A stretch of 64,000 nucleotides of DNA from assembly GCA_963786935.1 (NCBI GenBank), contig CAWBAN010000004.1, forward strand, positions 307,780-371,779. The letters run 5' to 3'. Below the pieces are notes generated by a model. It saw nothing but the letters and a program-made list of their open reading frames with translations, ran no database searches and was not told the origin of the DNA. The DNA comes from an uncultured bacterium (GTDB lineage: Bacteria > Krumholzibacteriota > Krumholzibacteriia > Krumholzibacteriales > Krumholzibacteriaceae). Positions 18,978 to 27,821 of the stretch are shown here, in pieces (positions within the stretch are counted from its first letter, which is position 1; every line of letters begins with the position of its first letter). Position numbers and translations under genes: made by a program.

Positions 18978-19844
18978 ATGAGAAGACAGGTGGCGGCATA
19001 TGCCGTCGTTGCACTCCTTTCCGCGGCCGTGTGCGCTTCGTCCGCCCTCGGGCAGTACATCTATTTGGGGGATAACGTCAACGACTGTATGATGGCCCCC
19101 CTGTTCTATCAGCCGAACACCAAGCATATCTATGTCGCTTGCCCGTCGATCACCGACGCCGTGGCCGTTTCATTCAGGCTCGGTTCGGAGCTGATCGGTC
19201 CCGAGGATATCGTATCCGCTGCGCCGGCCGCCGGGGTCGCGGTCGAGTCCGGAGATCTCTTCGGCGGCATCACGCTTTCCCTCTCGGGAGCCGCTCTCAA
19301 CAATCTTGAAGTCATGTCGCTCGAGCTCGTCGACAATCCTCCGTATCAATATCCCGGCAGCTGGGACTACGAGCGCATCCACTCTCCGAAGGTCATCCGG
19401 GCGAGCGGCGACACCATCTCTCTCGAGGAATCATGGGCGTTCTTCTGCTGCGTCGATTGCTTCGATCTGTACGTTGTCTGGGGCTTTCCCGATACGGTCG
19501 ATGTGAATATCGGCGCCGACTCGCTGGTTCGCGCGAGAACGGTGGTGACCGCGGCGGGGTATTGGGGATGCAACATCGAGGTGACGGACGACCGCGGTTG
19601 GGTCACCGGCTACGACCCGTCGTATATCTGGGGGGACGATTGCGGCTTCTGCGCCTGGGACAGCGGATTCAACACGATCGCCGTATCCGTTCCGGCCGGC
19701 GCCGAGGAATACGGGCTGAGCAAGGTGACGATCAGACTTTTGAACGGTCCGGCTCAGTCGGGAAGTTTCTATATCAGAGCCATCCCGCCCGTCGGCGTCG
19801 GCGAAAGCTCATGGGGAGCGATCAAGAAGCTCTTCAATCCCTGA
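18978..19844 (+). CDS. Secreted hypothetical protein with C-terminal SWGAIKKLF motif
   Basis: GGAGGAGG RBS, signal peptide, tail VGVGESSWGAIKKLFNP. Confidence 0.75.
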   Translation: MRRQVAAYAVVALLSAAVCASSALGQYIYLGDNVNDCMMAPLFYQPNTKHIYVACPSITDAVAVSFRLGSELIGPEDIVSAAPAAGVAVESGDLFGGITLSLSGAALNNLEVMSLELVDNPPYQYPGSWDYERIHSPKVIRASGDTISLEESWAFFCCVDCFDLYVVWGFPDTVDVNIGADSLVRARTVVTAAGYWGCNIEVTDDRGWVTGYDPSYIWGDDCGFCAWDSGFNTIAVSVPAGAEEYGLSKVTIRLLNGPAQSGSFYIRAIPPVGVGESSWGAIKKLFNP

Positions 19845-19848
19845 CATC

Positions 19849-19950
19849 GAGGTTCTGATACTCATCGCCGACCGGGATGACAACTTGCCCGTCGATCGCG
19901 AGCTGCTCGATGAGCGGTTCCGGAATGCGCGGAGCGGCGGCCATGACGCC
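19849..19950 (-). pseudogene. pcm: Fragment of protein-L-isoaspartate O-methyltransferase (C-terminal part)
   Basis: VMAAAPRIPEPLIEQLAIDGQVVIPVGDEYQNL resembles Pcm TAAAPxIPxxLxxQLxxGGRLVIPVG. Confidence 0.65.
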
Positions 19951-19972
19951 GCGTTCCCATATCCGGTTTCCA

Positions 19973-21070
19973 TCAATCCCGGATACAACGAACGGACATC
20001 CCGATGTTCTTGCCGTCGCTGAAGTTGTAGAGCCCCGCGCTGTTGTAGTGCAGGCTGATGTACCATGCGAAGCCGGTGTTGGTGTTGTCTTCCGTGGATG
20101 ACCAGATGAGGGCGTTATTGCCAATGTTCCTGAAGATCCCAGAGATCACTCGGTACCCCCCCGGCAGCGCCGTGAAGCCGCTTCCATTGGTCGCGCCCGT
20201 ATTCGGAGCTGTCCAATGAGCCGTCCCGGCTTCCTTGAGCTCGCCTGCCGCGGCGTCCTCGCCTCCGAGAAAAGCGATCAATGTCTGCCACTCGGCATTG
20301 CTGGGCACATGCCATCCTAACGGGGCGATTTCACGACTGTCCGCCACGGCATACCAGTTATAGAGGCATCCATAGACGTCGGCGTTGTTCTCGTCGTTGT
20401 TGTAATAGCAAAAGGCCCCGGATGTAAGGATCGACCATGCGTAGCCGTCGGTGACATTGGGAATCGGCTCGCCGGCGGGTGAGCGCGTTTCCCGCGGGTT
20501 CCCTGCCATCCGCGGTCGGGCGTCGGGAGCTATTGTCGGACATTTGCCGCCGTCGCGATAATGAGTCACTCTCAGATCGGCGGCCATCCACCATTGATTG
20601 CCGATTTTGACGGTCGGATATACGTTGCCGTCGATGTCCGTCACGGTGCCCGTCGAATCGCCGGCGGAAGATTCCGTTTGAAACGGCCTGATATCGCCGT
20701 AGCCGGTGCCGACGGTGTTCGTGGCATAAGCCCGCACGTAGTAAGGAGTGTCCGGGGTCAGGCCGGTCAGAGCGCTGGTGAAGCTCCCGCTGCCGGAACC
20801 GTCGGTCGTGGTGCTGTCAGATGCGGTCGGGATCGGATCGGCGCTCCAGCAGACGCCCCGGGCGCTCACCGCGGCTCCGCCATCCGAGGTGACGTTCCCG
20901 CCGCACCGGGCGGCGGTCGCCGTGATTTCGCTCACGGCCGCGGTTGTCATGACCGGCACCGTCTTGCGGTCAGGCTCGGTGGAGCTGTCGTCTCCGCCGC
21001 AACCGAGAGCCGATCCGAGCAGTGATGCCGTCAAAGACGCCAGGACGATTCCGCGCGAAATCCTGAACAT
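19973..21070 (-). CDS. Lipoprotein with FN3-like and Fibrobacter succinogenes major paralogous (FISUMP) domain
   Basis: Lipobox ALGC; YYVRAYATN; DIDGNVYPTVKIGNQWWMA, YGCLYNW, GWHVPS and SVRCIRD. Confidence 0.88.
   Translation of the reverse strand: MFRISRGIVLASLTASLLGSALGCGGDDSSTEPDRKTVPVMTTAAVSEITATAARCGGNVTSDGGAAVSARGVCWSADPIPTASDSTTTDGSGSGSFTSALTGLTPDTPYYVRAYATNTVGTGYGDIRPFQTESSAGDSTGTVTDIDGNVYPTVKIGNQWWMAADLRVTHYRDGGKCPTIAPDARPRMAGNPRETRSPAGEPIPNVTDGYAWSILTSGAFCYYNNDENNADVYGCLYNWYAVADSREIAPLGWHVPSNAEWQTLIAFLGGEDAAAGELKEAGTAHWTAPNTGATNGSGFTALPGGYRVISGIFRNIGNNALIWSSTEDNTNTGFAWYISLHYNSAGLYNFSDGKNIGMSVRCIRD
20474..20548. mobile_element. 75-bp in-frame MITE-like insertion inside the FISUMP domain
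   Basis: Interrupts HYRDG^EPIP; flanked by 3-bp gcc direct repeat; imperfect terminal inverted repeats. Confidence 0.4.
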
Positions 21071-21172
21071 CGTGCACCTCGCAGTATTTGGGAGTGGTTG
21101 CGAGGAGCTTACGGCAAATCCCTTCCCGTGTCAAGGTCTCGCGGCGATCCGGCCGCGCCGGGCTGCGCCGGA

Positions 21173-22420
21173 TCAGGATTTCTTCTCCCATATCCCCGCG
21201 ATCTCGACGATCACCCGAACCGCCATTTCCATGTCCTGCACCGCGATCCATTCAAGCTGCGAGTGGAAGCTGTGTTCGCCCGCGAAGATGTTCGGAGTCG
21301 GCAGTCCCATGAACGACAATCTCGATCCGTCCGTTCCGCCTCGAATGGCCTGCATGATCGGTTTGATCCGGAGATTCTTCATCGCCTGAACCGCGTAAGC
21401 CGTCGCCCGCGGATGCTTGACGAGGACCTCGCGCATGTTCCGGTACTGGTTGATGATCTTGAGCTCATACTTCGAGCCGGGGAATTTGGCCACGGCCTTC
21501 TTCGCGAGCTTCTCGATCAATCGTTCGTACTCTTTCAGCTTCGGCGTTTCGAAATCCCTGATGATTATTTTGAGCGTGGTCGCTTCCTCGAGGCCGTTTA
21601 CCGTCGTGCAGTGAACGTATCCTTGCCGCTTCTCCGTCGTCTCGGGCGACAGATTCTTCTTCGGCAGGCTTTCCATGAACGCCGCGGCTATCTTGATCGA
21701 ATTGATCATCTTGTTCTTCGCGTAGCCGGGATGAATGTTCTTGCCGATGAACTTGAGCACCACCATATCGGCGCTGAAGGTCTCCGACTCGACTTCTCCT
21801 CTGCTGGAGCCGTCGACCGTATAGGCATATTTCGCCCCCAGCCGTTTCAGATCGATCTTCTCCGTTCCTCTTCCGACTTCCTCGTCGGGAGTGAAGCAGA
21901 TCTTTATCGGACCGTGTTTGATCTCAGGATGGGTAATCAGATACTGAGCGGCATCCATGATTCCGGCGATGCCGGCCTTGTTGTCCGCGCCGAGCAGCGT
22001 CGCTCCGTCCGATGTGATGATGTCGAATCCCTTCATCTTCTTGAGATCGGGATTCTCGCTCACCCGTATCACCTTTCCGCCCTTGGGCAGCCTGATATCG
22101 CCGCCTTTGTATCTTCTGTGAACGATCGGTTTGACGCCCTTTCCCGATACGGCGGGGGAGGTATCGACATGCGCGATGAAGGCGATCGGCGGCACTTTCT
22201 TCGCGGTATTCGCGGGAAGCGTCGCCATGACGTAGCCCCACTTATCCATGGCGGCGTCTTTCAGCCCCATCTTCTTCAGCTCTTTCGCGAGATCGGCGGA
22301 GAGCTTCTTCTGCTTTTCCGTGCTCGGAAACGAAGTCGATTCCTCGTCCGATTGGGTATCGTACTTGACGTATCGCAAAAAACGATCGACGCACGTGAAT
22401 TTGTATTTTGGATCGAACAT
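21173..22420 (-). CDS. pepT: Peptidase T (M20B tripeptidase)
   Basis: RFLRYVKYDTQS, AHVDTS, LGADNKAG, FTPDEEVG, IRGGTDG and PNIFAG. Confidence 0.95.
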   Translation of the reverse strand: MFDPKYKFTCVDRFLRYVKYDTQSDEESTSFPSTEKQKKLSADLAKELKKMGLKDAAMDKWGYVMATLPANTAKKVPPIAFIAHVDTSPAVSGKGVKPIVHRRYKGGDIRLPKGGKVIRVSENPDLKKMKGFDIITSDGATLLGADNKAGIAGIMDAAQYLITHPEIKHGPIKICFTPDEEVGRGTEKIDLKRLGAKYAYTVDGSSRGEVESETFSADMVVLKFIGKNIHPGYAKNKMINSIKIAAAFMESLPKKNLSPETTEKRQGYVHCTTVNGLEEATTLKIIIRDFETPKLKEYERLIEKLAKKAVAKFPGSKYELKIINQYRNMREVLVKHPRATAYAVQAMKNLRIKPIMQAIRGGTDGSRLSFMGLPTPNIFAGEHSFHSQLEWIAVQDMEMAVRVIVEIAGIWEKKS

Positions 22421-22627
22421 AATCCCTCCTGACTTTCCCTTCCGGTTTGCGAAGGCCCCGATTGTTGCGGCAATCATAGACGCGAGCGCCGCGCCTGTCT
22501 ACAACTACGGCGGCTTCCAGGTCAATTTCTGATCTCCCGCAGCGAGCGAGGCGCCTTCCCGTCGGCTCGCGAGGCGAAGCGCGCTCGATGCCGAACGGCC
22601 GCGTCCGAGCCCTGCCCCGCAGAGCTC

Positions 22628-23827
22628 CTATTTGAAATATACTGGAATTTCCAGGGCGGCGTCGTTTTCAGGCAGGTCGGAAGGGTTGTCGCGCCGGAAA
22701 ATCACCGCGCCGCGCTTCAGGTGCGCTTCCGCGCCGGTGGGCTTTTGAAATGTAATCTCGCCTTCGAAGGGCACGAATTTCTCCGTCATCCAGTCGTCTT
22801 TGGCGGTGACGATTCCTTTCCCTATTATCTTGCCGTCCCAGTCGACGACCACGATCGGGAAACTGCCTTCAAAGAACCAATTGCCTTTGGCAAACCCGGT
22901 CACCGTGAGAGGCGAAGAAATATTCTTCCACTGATAGAAATCATCGAGAAGAATCCAATCGGACAAACAGCTGCTCAGGCGAGGGGCTTTGATGAACTTG
23001 GTCGCCATAAAAGACCATTCGTGGTCCGATTCGAAGCCGACATCTTTATCGGCCGGAACCACGCGGCCCCCGAGAATCATGAACATGGACCTGTAGGGCT
23101 CTATCCCCTCTCCGCGATTCGGCGAATAGGCCTTCTTGATTTCATCGAAAGCAGGAGAATTCATCTTGAGCCAGTACGTTTCATTCTGGCACGTTGAAAA
23201 AACGCTCACTTCGTGGCCGAAGACGAAATATCCCTCCAGGATCTGCTCTCCTTTCTCAAGGGCGCCGATTTCTTCCAGGACATTGTTCCGCACGAGAGCG
23301 TATTTCGATTTCTGTTCGCCGGCTCTAGCCGTCATCGGTTCGCCGGATTTTCTATCGGCATAATTGGCGATCGCGATGCCGTTTCTGATCACTATGTTCT
23401 GGGGAGCTATTCTGTCGCCGAGAAAGATGGTGTTCGTTCCTTCGTAGGCGACGCCCCCGGCGCTATCGGTTTCGCCGGCTTTCTTGCCGACGGCGGCCGC
23501 CATATAGTAGAAAGTGCCGGAGCCTCCGCCGTCATCGGCCAGGAGGACGAGGGCGTCCGCGACGTCGTCCTCATCGAGGAAGCCGTAGGCCGGTTTGCCA
23601 AAAATTCTCGTTTGGGCTTTTACTGCCGAGCCCGGGGCGGTTTCTCTGAGAGCTATACCGTTAACGAGCTCGATTTCCCGGCCATCGACTATATAGCGCG
23701 CGTTGATCGGATCGGTGGCGGGATCTTTCGGAGTCGGCAGCGGTTTTTCCCCCGTTTTCTTGCCGCAAGCCGGAGTCAACATACCGGCCAAAACACAAAA
23801 AACCAATATGCAAGAATATTTCTTCAT
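22628..23827 (-). CDS. Lipoprotein with C-terminal Gmad2-like Ig domain
   Basis: Lipobox TPAC; DDGGGSGTFYY...LGDRI domain; SPLTVTG...WFFEGSFP...DNPSDLPE; visibly more AT-rich than neighbours. Confidence 0.75.
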   Translation of the reverse strand: MKKYSCILVFCVLAGMLTPACGKKTGEKPLPTPKDPATDPINARYIVDGREIELVNGIALRETAPGSAVKAQTRIFGKPAYGFLDEDDVADALVLLADDGGGSGTFYYMAAAVGKKAGETDSAGGVAYEGTNTIFLGDRIAPQNIVIRNGIAIANYADRKSGEPMTARAGEQKSKYALVRNNVLEEIGALEKGEQILEGYFVFGHEVSVFSTCQNETYWLKMNSPAFDEIKKAYSPNRGEGIEPYRSMFMILGGRVVPADKDVGFESDHEWSFMATKFIKAPRLSSCLSDWILLDDFYQWKNISSPLTVTGFAKGNWFFEGSFPIVVVDWDGKIIGKGIVTAKDDWMTEKFVPFEGEITFQKPTGAEAHLKRGAVIFRRDNPSDLPENDAALEIPVYFK

Positions 23828-23858
23828 TGATTCATTCTGGCCTCTTTGGAGACTGGTG

Positions 23859-26360
23859 TTAGCGCAGAAGCACCATTTTCCTGGCCAGATCGAGCTCCCC
23901 TGCCCGCAGACGATAGAAATACACGCCGCTCGCCGACCGCGCGCCGAGCCCGTCGAGGCCGTCCCACATCGCCTGGTGCCGCCCCGCGCCCTTGTTCGCA
24001 TCCACCAGCACCCTCACCAGCTGTCCCGCCGCGTTGTACACATCGAGCCGCACGTGCGAAGGCCGGGCAATCTCGTACGAAATCGTCGTCGACGGGTTGA
24101 ACGGGTTCGGGTAGTTCGCGGAGAGATCGAACCGGATCGGCGTTTCGGCGACGCCGGTCGCCGGGTCCTCGTCCGTCAGGATCCAATCGCTGAAATTCGT
24201 CTGGGCCGCCACCGTGATCCAGTTCTGCGTGAGGTCCCTCGACGAATAGCTCTTGGGGCCGTCCCACGACGTCCCGGTCCAGCGCCACATGCAGAGGCTG
24301 CTCTCGTCCCGGCCGTTGAGCTCGCTCTCGAGATAGCTCAGCGTGAGGTCGAACTGCGCCCCGTCTCCCTCGTGGTCGATGTCGTACCACCGCGCGACGC
24401 TCGCCGGCTCCGCGGGATACGTCTCGCCCGGATGTACGACCATGTCGATTTCGGAGAGCGTGCCGAGCGTCGTGACGTTCACCTTGGCTTTCACGCGGCC
24501 GCCGAAAAGAAGAAGCCCCGTGCTCGAGACCGGTCGCCAGTGCCGCGTCCCCGTGTACTCGATCGCGCCGATGTCCACGACCCACGCGCCGTTCTCGGGG
24601 ACGGCATACGCCGGGTCCCCCTCTTCGATGCAGGAGGAGTTGTACGAGAGAGAAAAATCCCCGCCGGCGGGATCGGCAATCATCGGATCGCCCAGCTCCT
24701 GATTGGTGGATGTCACGTTCGCGCTGTAGTTGCCGCCCGCGTTGTCGTGGAAGCAGCTGTACGATATCGTCATGGCGTTCGTGGAGTAGAACCCGATGCC
24801 GTCGCTGTTCGCCACGTCATGGCCGGCGACGATATTGTTCACGAAGGAGCCGAGAGGGAAAGCGCCCCCGCTGTCGTAGTAGAAGCCGCTTCCCGATCCC
24901 GAGACGCCGGCGTATATCGCGGTCGCGTTGCGAAAGAACGTGTTATTGGCAAATATGGCCAGCCTGCCGTAATAGAGCCATGCGCCCCCGCCCCAGCCGA
25001 CGTCGGTGACCGTCGCGGAAGCGGAGGCCGTGTTGAAGGCGAAGATGTTCCGTCGGATGAGATCGAACGAGGAGCAGTAGAAACCTCCGCCGTAGCCGGA
25101 ACCATGCAGCGAAGCGGTGTTGTTGATGATCACGTTGCGATCGAGGGGGGTGGTGCCGGATGTGACGCAGATTCCGCCGCCGTATCCCTTTCGGTAGTCC
25201 GCCGACGCCAGCGTCGACGCCGACGCGACGTTCCCTTCGATCGTGTTCCCGGTAATCTGCAAATAGGATCCGTTTGCGTAGATGCCGCCGCCGTTACCGT
25301 TTCCCTGGGTTGCGGCGGTGTTATGCGAGATCGCAGGATTGTCTCGTACAATGATGGAATTGCCGTAACCGGCGCCCGAGTGAGATATCCCCCCGCCGGC
25401 CCCCTCCTGACCGTTACCCTCGGCGCCGTGGTTGAATGTGATTATGTTGTCCCAGATCTCGACGGTGCCGCCGTACGTGTTGATGCCGCCGCCTCGTCCC
25501 CCTGCCCAGTCGGAGTTGGTCCCCACGTTATAGGAGATCGTGTTCGACCAGATCTGGAGAATCGCGCCGCTCTCGGAGATGCCGCCGCCATATCCGATCC
25601 GCGCGGTCGAGCCCGTGTTGGAGAGAATTTGGTTCTCGTAGACCTGGCACAACGCCGTGCTTTCGAAGTACAGACCGCCGCCCTCGCCCCAGGTCGCCGC
25701 CGTTGAGGCGATGTTGTTATCGATCGTGCAGTACCGGATCACCGCGCCCGTTCCCGCGTTCCTGCAGGCGACCCCCCCGCCGAATCCGTTGTTGTTGGTC
25801 GCCCCGCGGTTGTTCGTGATCCAGCAGCGCTCGATCACCGGATCGGCTCCGCCGCCGACATAGATTCCGCCGCCGTACCACGGAGCGGTTGACTCGCTCT
25901 TCGCGTCCCCGCCCGTGATTTTGAATCCGCGGACGCGGGTCTCGCTCGTCACGGCGGCGCCCGTGATGAGGAAGACCCTGCTCGCCCCCGAAGGAGTCAC
26001 GACGCACAGGCTCGAATCGGGAACGGCCGTGTCCCAAGAATCGTGCGTGCCGTCGTCCGACGTCAGCAGCCGTGTGGAGTCGATCAGAATGGCGCTGCTG
26101 GTCAAGTACGCGCCGTGCTTCACCAGTATCGTGTCCCCGGCGGCGGAAGAGTTGATCGCCGCCTGTATCGTCTGCTTGGCCGCGCCCCAGGAAAGCCCGT
26201 CGCCGGAATTGTCCGGGCGCGCCGCATCGACGTAATAGATCGATGCGAGGGCCGGGCTCGCCGCGGCGAGGGAAACCAGCGAAAATACCGCCACGATGAA
26301 TCGAATACGCTTGAAGCGCCTTGAGATTTGGCTGGTCGCTGCATCCATTTCCTGCGTCAT
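23859..26360 (-). CDS. Secreted parallel beta-helix repeat protein with FlgD-Ig/T9SS-like C-terminal domain
   Basis: GDGLSWGAAKQTIQAAI, repeated GGGI/N motifs, ANYPNPFNPST...SGVYFYRL tail. Confidence 0.85.
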   Translation of the reverse strand: MTQEMDAATSQISRRFKRIRFIVAVFSLVSLAAASPALASIYYVDAARPDNSGDGLSWGAAKQTIQAAINSSAAGDTILVKHGAYLTSSAILIDSTRLLTSDDGTHDSWDTAVPDSSLCVVTPSGASRVFLITGAAVTSETRVRGFKITGGDAKSESTAPWYGGGIYVGGGADPVIERCWITNNRGATNNNGFGGGVACRNAGTGAVIRYCTIDNNIASTAATWGEGGGLYFESTALCQVYENQILSNTGSTARIGYGGGISESGAILQIWSNTISYNVGTNSDWAGGRGGGINTYGGTVEIWDNIITFNHGAEGNGQEGAGGGISHSGAGYGNSIIVRDNPAISHNTAATQGNGNGGGIYANGSYLQITGNTIEGNVASASTLASADYRKGYGGGICVTSGTTPLDRNVIINNTASLHGSGYGGGFYCSSFDLIRRNIFAFNTASASATVTDVGWGGGAWLYYGRLAIFANNTFFRNATAIYAGVSGSGSGFYYDSGGAFPLGSFVNNIVAGHDVANSDGIGFYSTNAMTISYSCFHDNAGGNYSANVTSTNQELGDPMIADPAGGDFSLSYNSSCIEEGDPAYAVPENGAWVVDIGAIEYTGTRHWRPVSSTGLLLFGGRVKAKVNVTTLGTLSEIDMVVHPGETYPAEPASVARWYDIDHEGDGAQFDLTLSYLESELNGRDESSLCMWRWTGTSWDGPKSYSSRDLTQNWITVAAQTNFSDWILTDEDPATGVAETPIRFDLSANYPNPFNPSTTISYEIARPSHVRLDVYNAAGQLVRVLVDANKGAGRHQAMWDGLDGLGARSASGVYFYRLRAGELDLARKMVLLR

Positions 26361-26732
26361 GGCTGACCCCCTCGTCTTGACCGTTCAAGTCGACCGCGGT
26401 CCGATTGCCCGGACGCCGCGGCGCGTGCTCACGCACCACAGAATTGTGCCGAAGTGAAGTGATTGTATCATTATTCCCGGGGTAAGATCAAGCATTGAGG
26501 GAAATTGACATGGCCTTGGATCTCCCATAAGAGAAAAATATCGATAGCCTTCGGGGAATACGGAGCCCCGTGGGATTCTCGATTCGGCCTGAGCCTGCTC
26601 ACGGCCGCCGCCGCCCTCTGCCCGCCGGATTTTCTATGATGCGTCCGCGCCCTTTGTGGTACATTTCCGTGAAGCGTGTATTCACGGCGCTGAAGCGCTA
26701 CGGCCCAAGCGGATTGTCATCGGGGTTTTCTC

Positions 26733-27818
26733 GTGAAAAAACGTCGCGTGCTTCTCATCGGTCCTCTGCCGCCGCCCATCGGTGGAGATACCATATTGAC
26801 GTTGACCGTTCTCAAGAGCGGCTACTGGGACGACGGCGGCATCGAACGGGAATGTATCGACACCTCCCCCGGCGATAAGGTGCGGGTAGTCGACGAGCGT
26901 ATCTCCCTTCGCGACCTCTCGAGAGCAGCGGGGATCCTGTTTCAGGTGATCGGCAAGCTGCCTCGGGCCCGCGCGGTTCTTCTCTGGGCGAACTGCCGGT
27001 TCATCTGCACGCTCGGGCTCCCCATCATCATGCTTTCCGCAATGGCGCGGCGGCCGATCGTAATCAAGCCCTTTGGCGCGCTCTTGGCCGAGCGGATCAC
27101 GGGATTTCATCCGGGAAGGAAGCGGGTCACCGTCTTCCTCTTGAACAAATCGAAATATCTGCTGCCGGAAACACGACGGTTGGCTGGTGAGCTTGCGAGC
27201 GCCGGAATAGATCCGGAGCGCATCGTGCCATTTCCGAATTTCCTGCCCGATGCAAGCCTGCGCGCCGCGTATCGGAAAAAGCGATTCGGCGGCAGGAGCG
27301 TCTTCGTCGGACAGATTAAGCGCGAGAAAGGCGTGTTCGAGATCATCGGCGCTTTGGCGGGACACGACGAATTCACGTGCGATTTCCATGGCCCCATTCT
27401 TGATCGCGATCGCGATGCTTTCCTGAAAGAAATATCCCGGAACGGCAACTGCAGGTACGCGGGGGTGATCCCTCCCGACGACGTCATAGAGGTCATCAGC
27501 CGGTATGACGCGCTCTTGCTTCCCTCGTACCATAGCGGGGAAGGGCACCCTGCGGTGATTCTGCAAGCCTTCGCGGCGGGTGTTCCGGTTGTGGCTTCGG
27601 ACTGGAAATCAATACCGGAATTGGTCGAGGACGGTGTGCGCGGAATTCTGGTTCCGGCGCGGTCGGCCGATTCGGTGCGCGGAGCGTTGGAGCGCCTGGC
27701 GTCGGACGAGAAGCTCTACGACTCGATCGCGGCCAATGCATTCGATTTCGTCAAAGCCTATTCCGAAAAGGCGCTTGTGAAGGATCTCTTGATGGCCAAG
27801 GTATCCGAGTTGTTGTAA
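26733..27818 (+). CDS. Glycosyltransferase family 4
   Basis: GPLPPPIGG, VGQIKREKG and EGHPAVILQAFAAGVPVVAS. Confidence 0.88.
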   Translation: MKKRRVLLIGPLPPPIGGDTILTLTVLKSGYWDDGGIERECIDTSPGDKVRVVDERISLRDLSRAAGILFQVIGKLPRARAVLLWANCRFICTLGLPIIMLSAMARRPIVIKPFGALLAERITGFHPGRKRVTVFLLNKSKYLLPETRRLAGELASAGIDPERIVPFPNFLPDASLRAAYRKKRFGGRSVFVGQIKREKGVFEIIGALAGHDEFTCDFHGPILDRDRDAFLKEISRNGNCRYAGVIPPDDVIEVISRYDALLLPSYHSGEGHPAVILQAFAAGVPVVASDWKSIPELVEDGVRGILVPARSADSVRGALERLASDEKLYDSIAANAFDFVKAYSEKALVKDLLMAKVSELL

Positions 27819-27821
27819 GAT

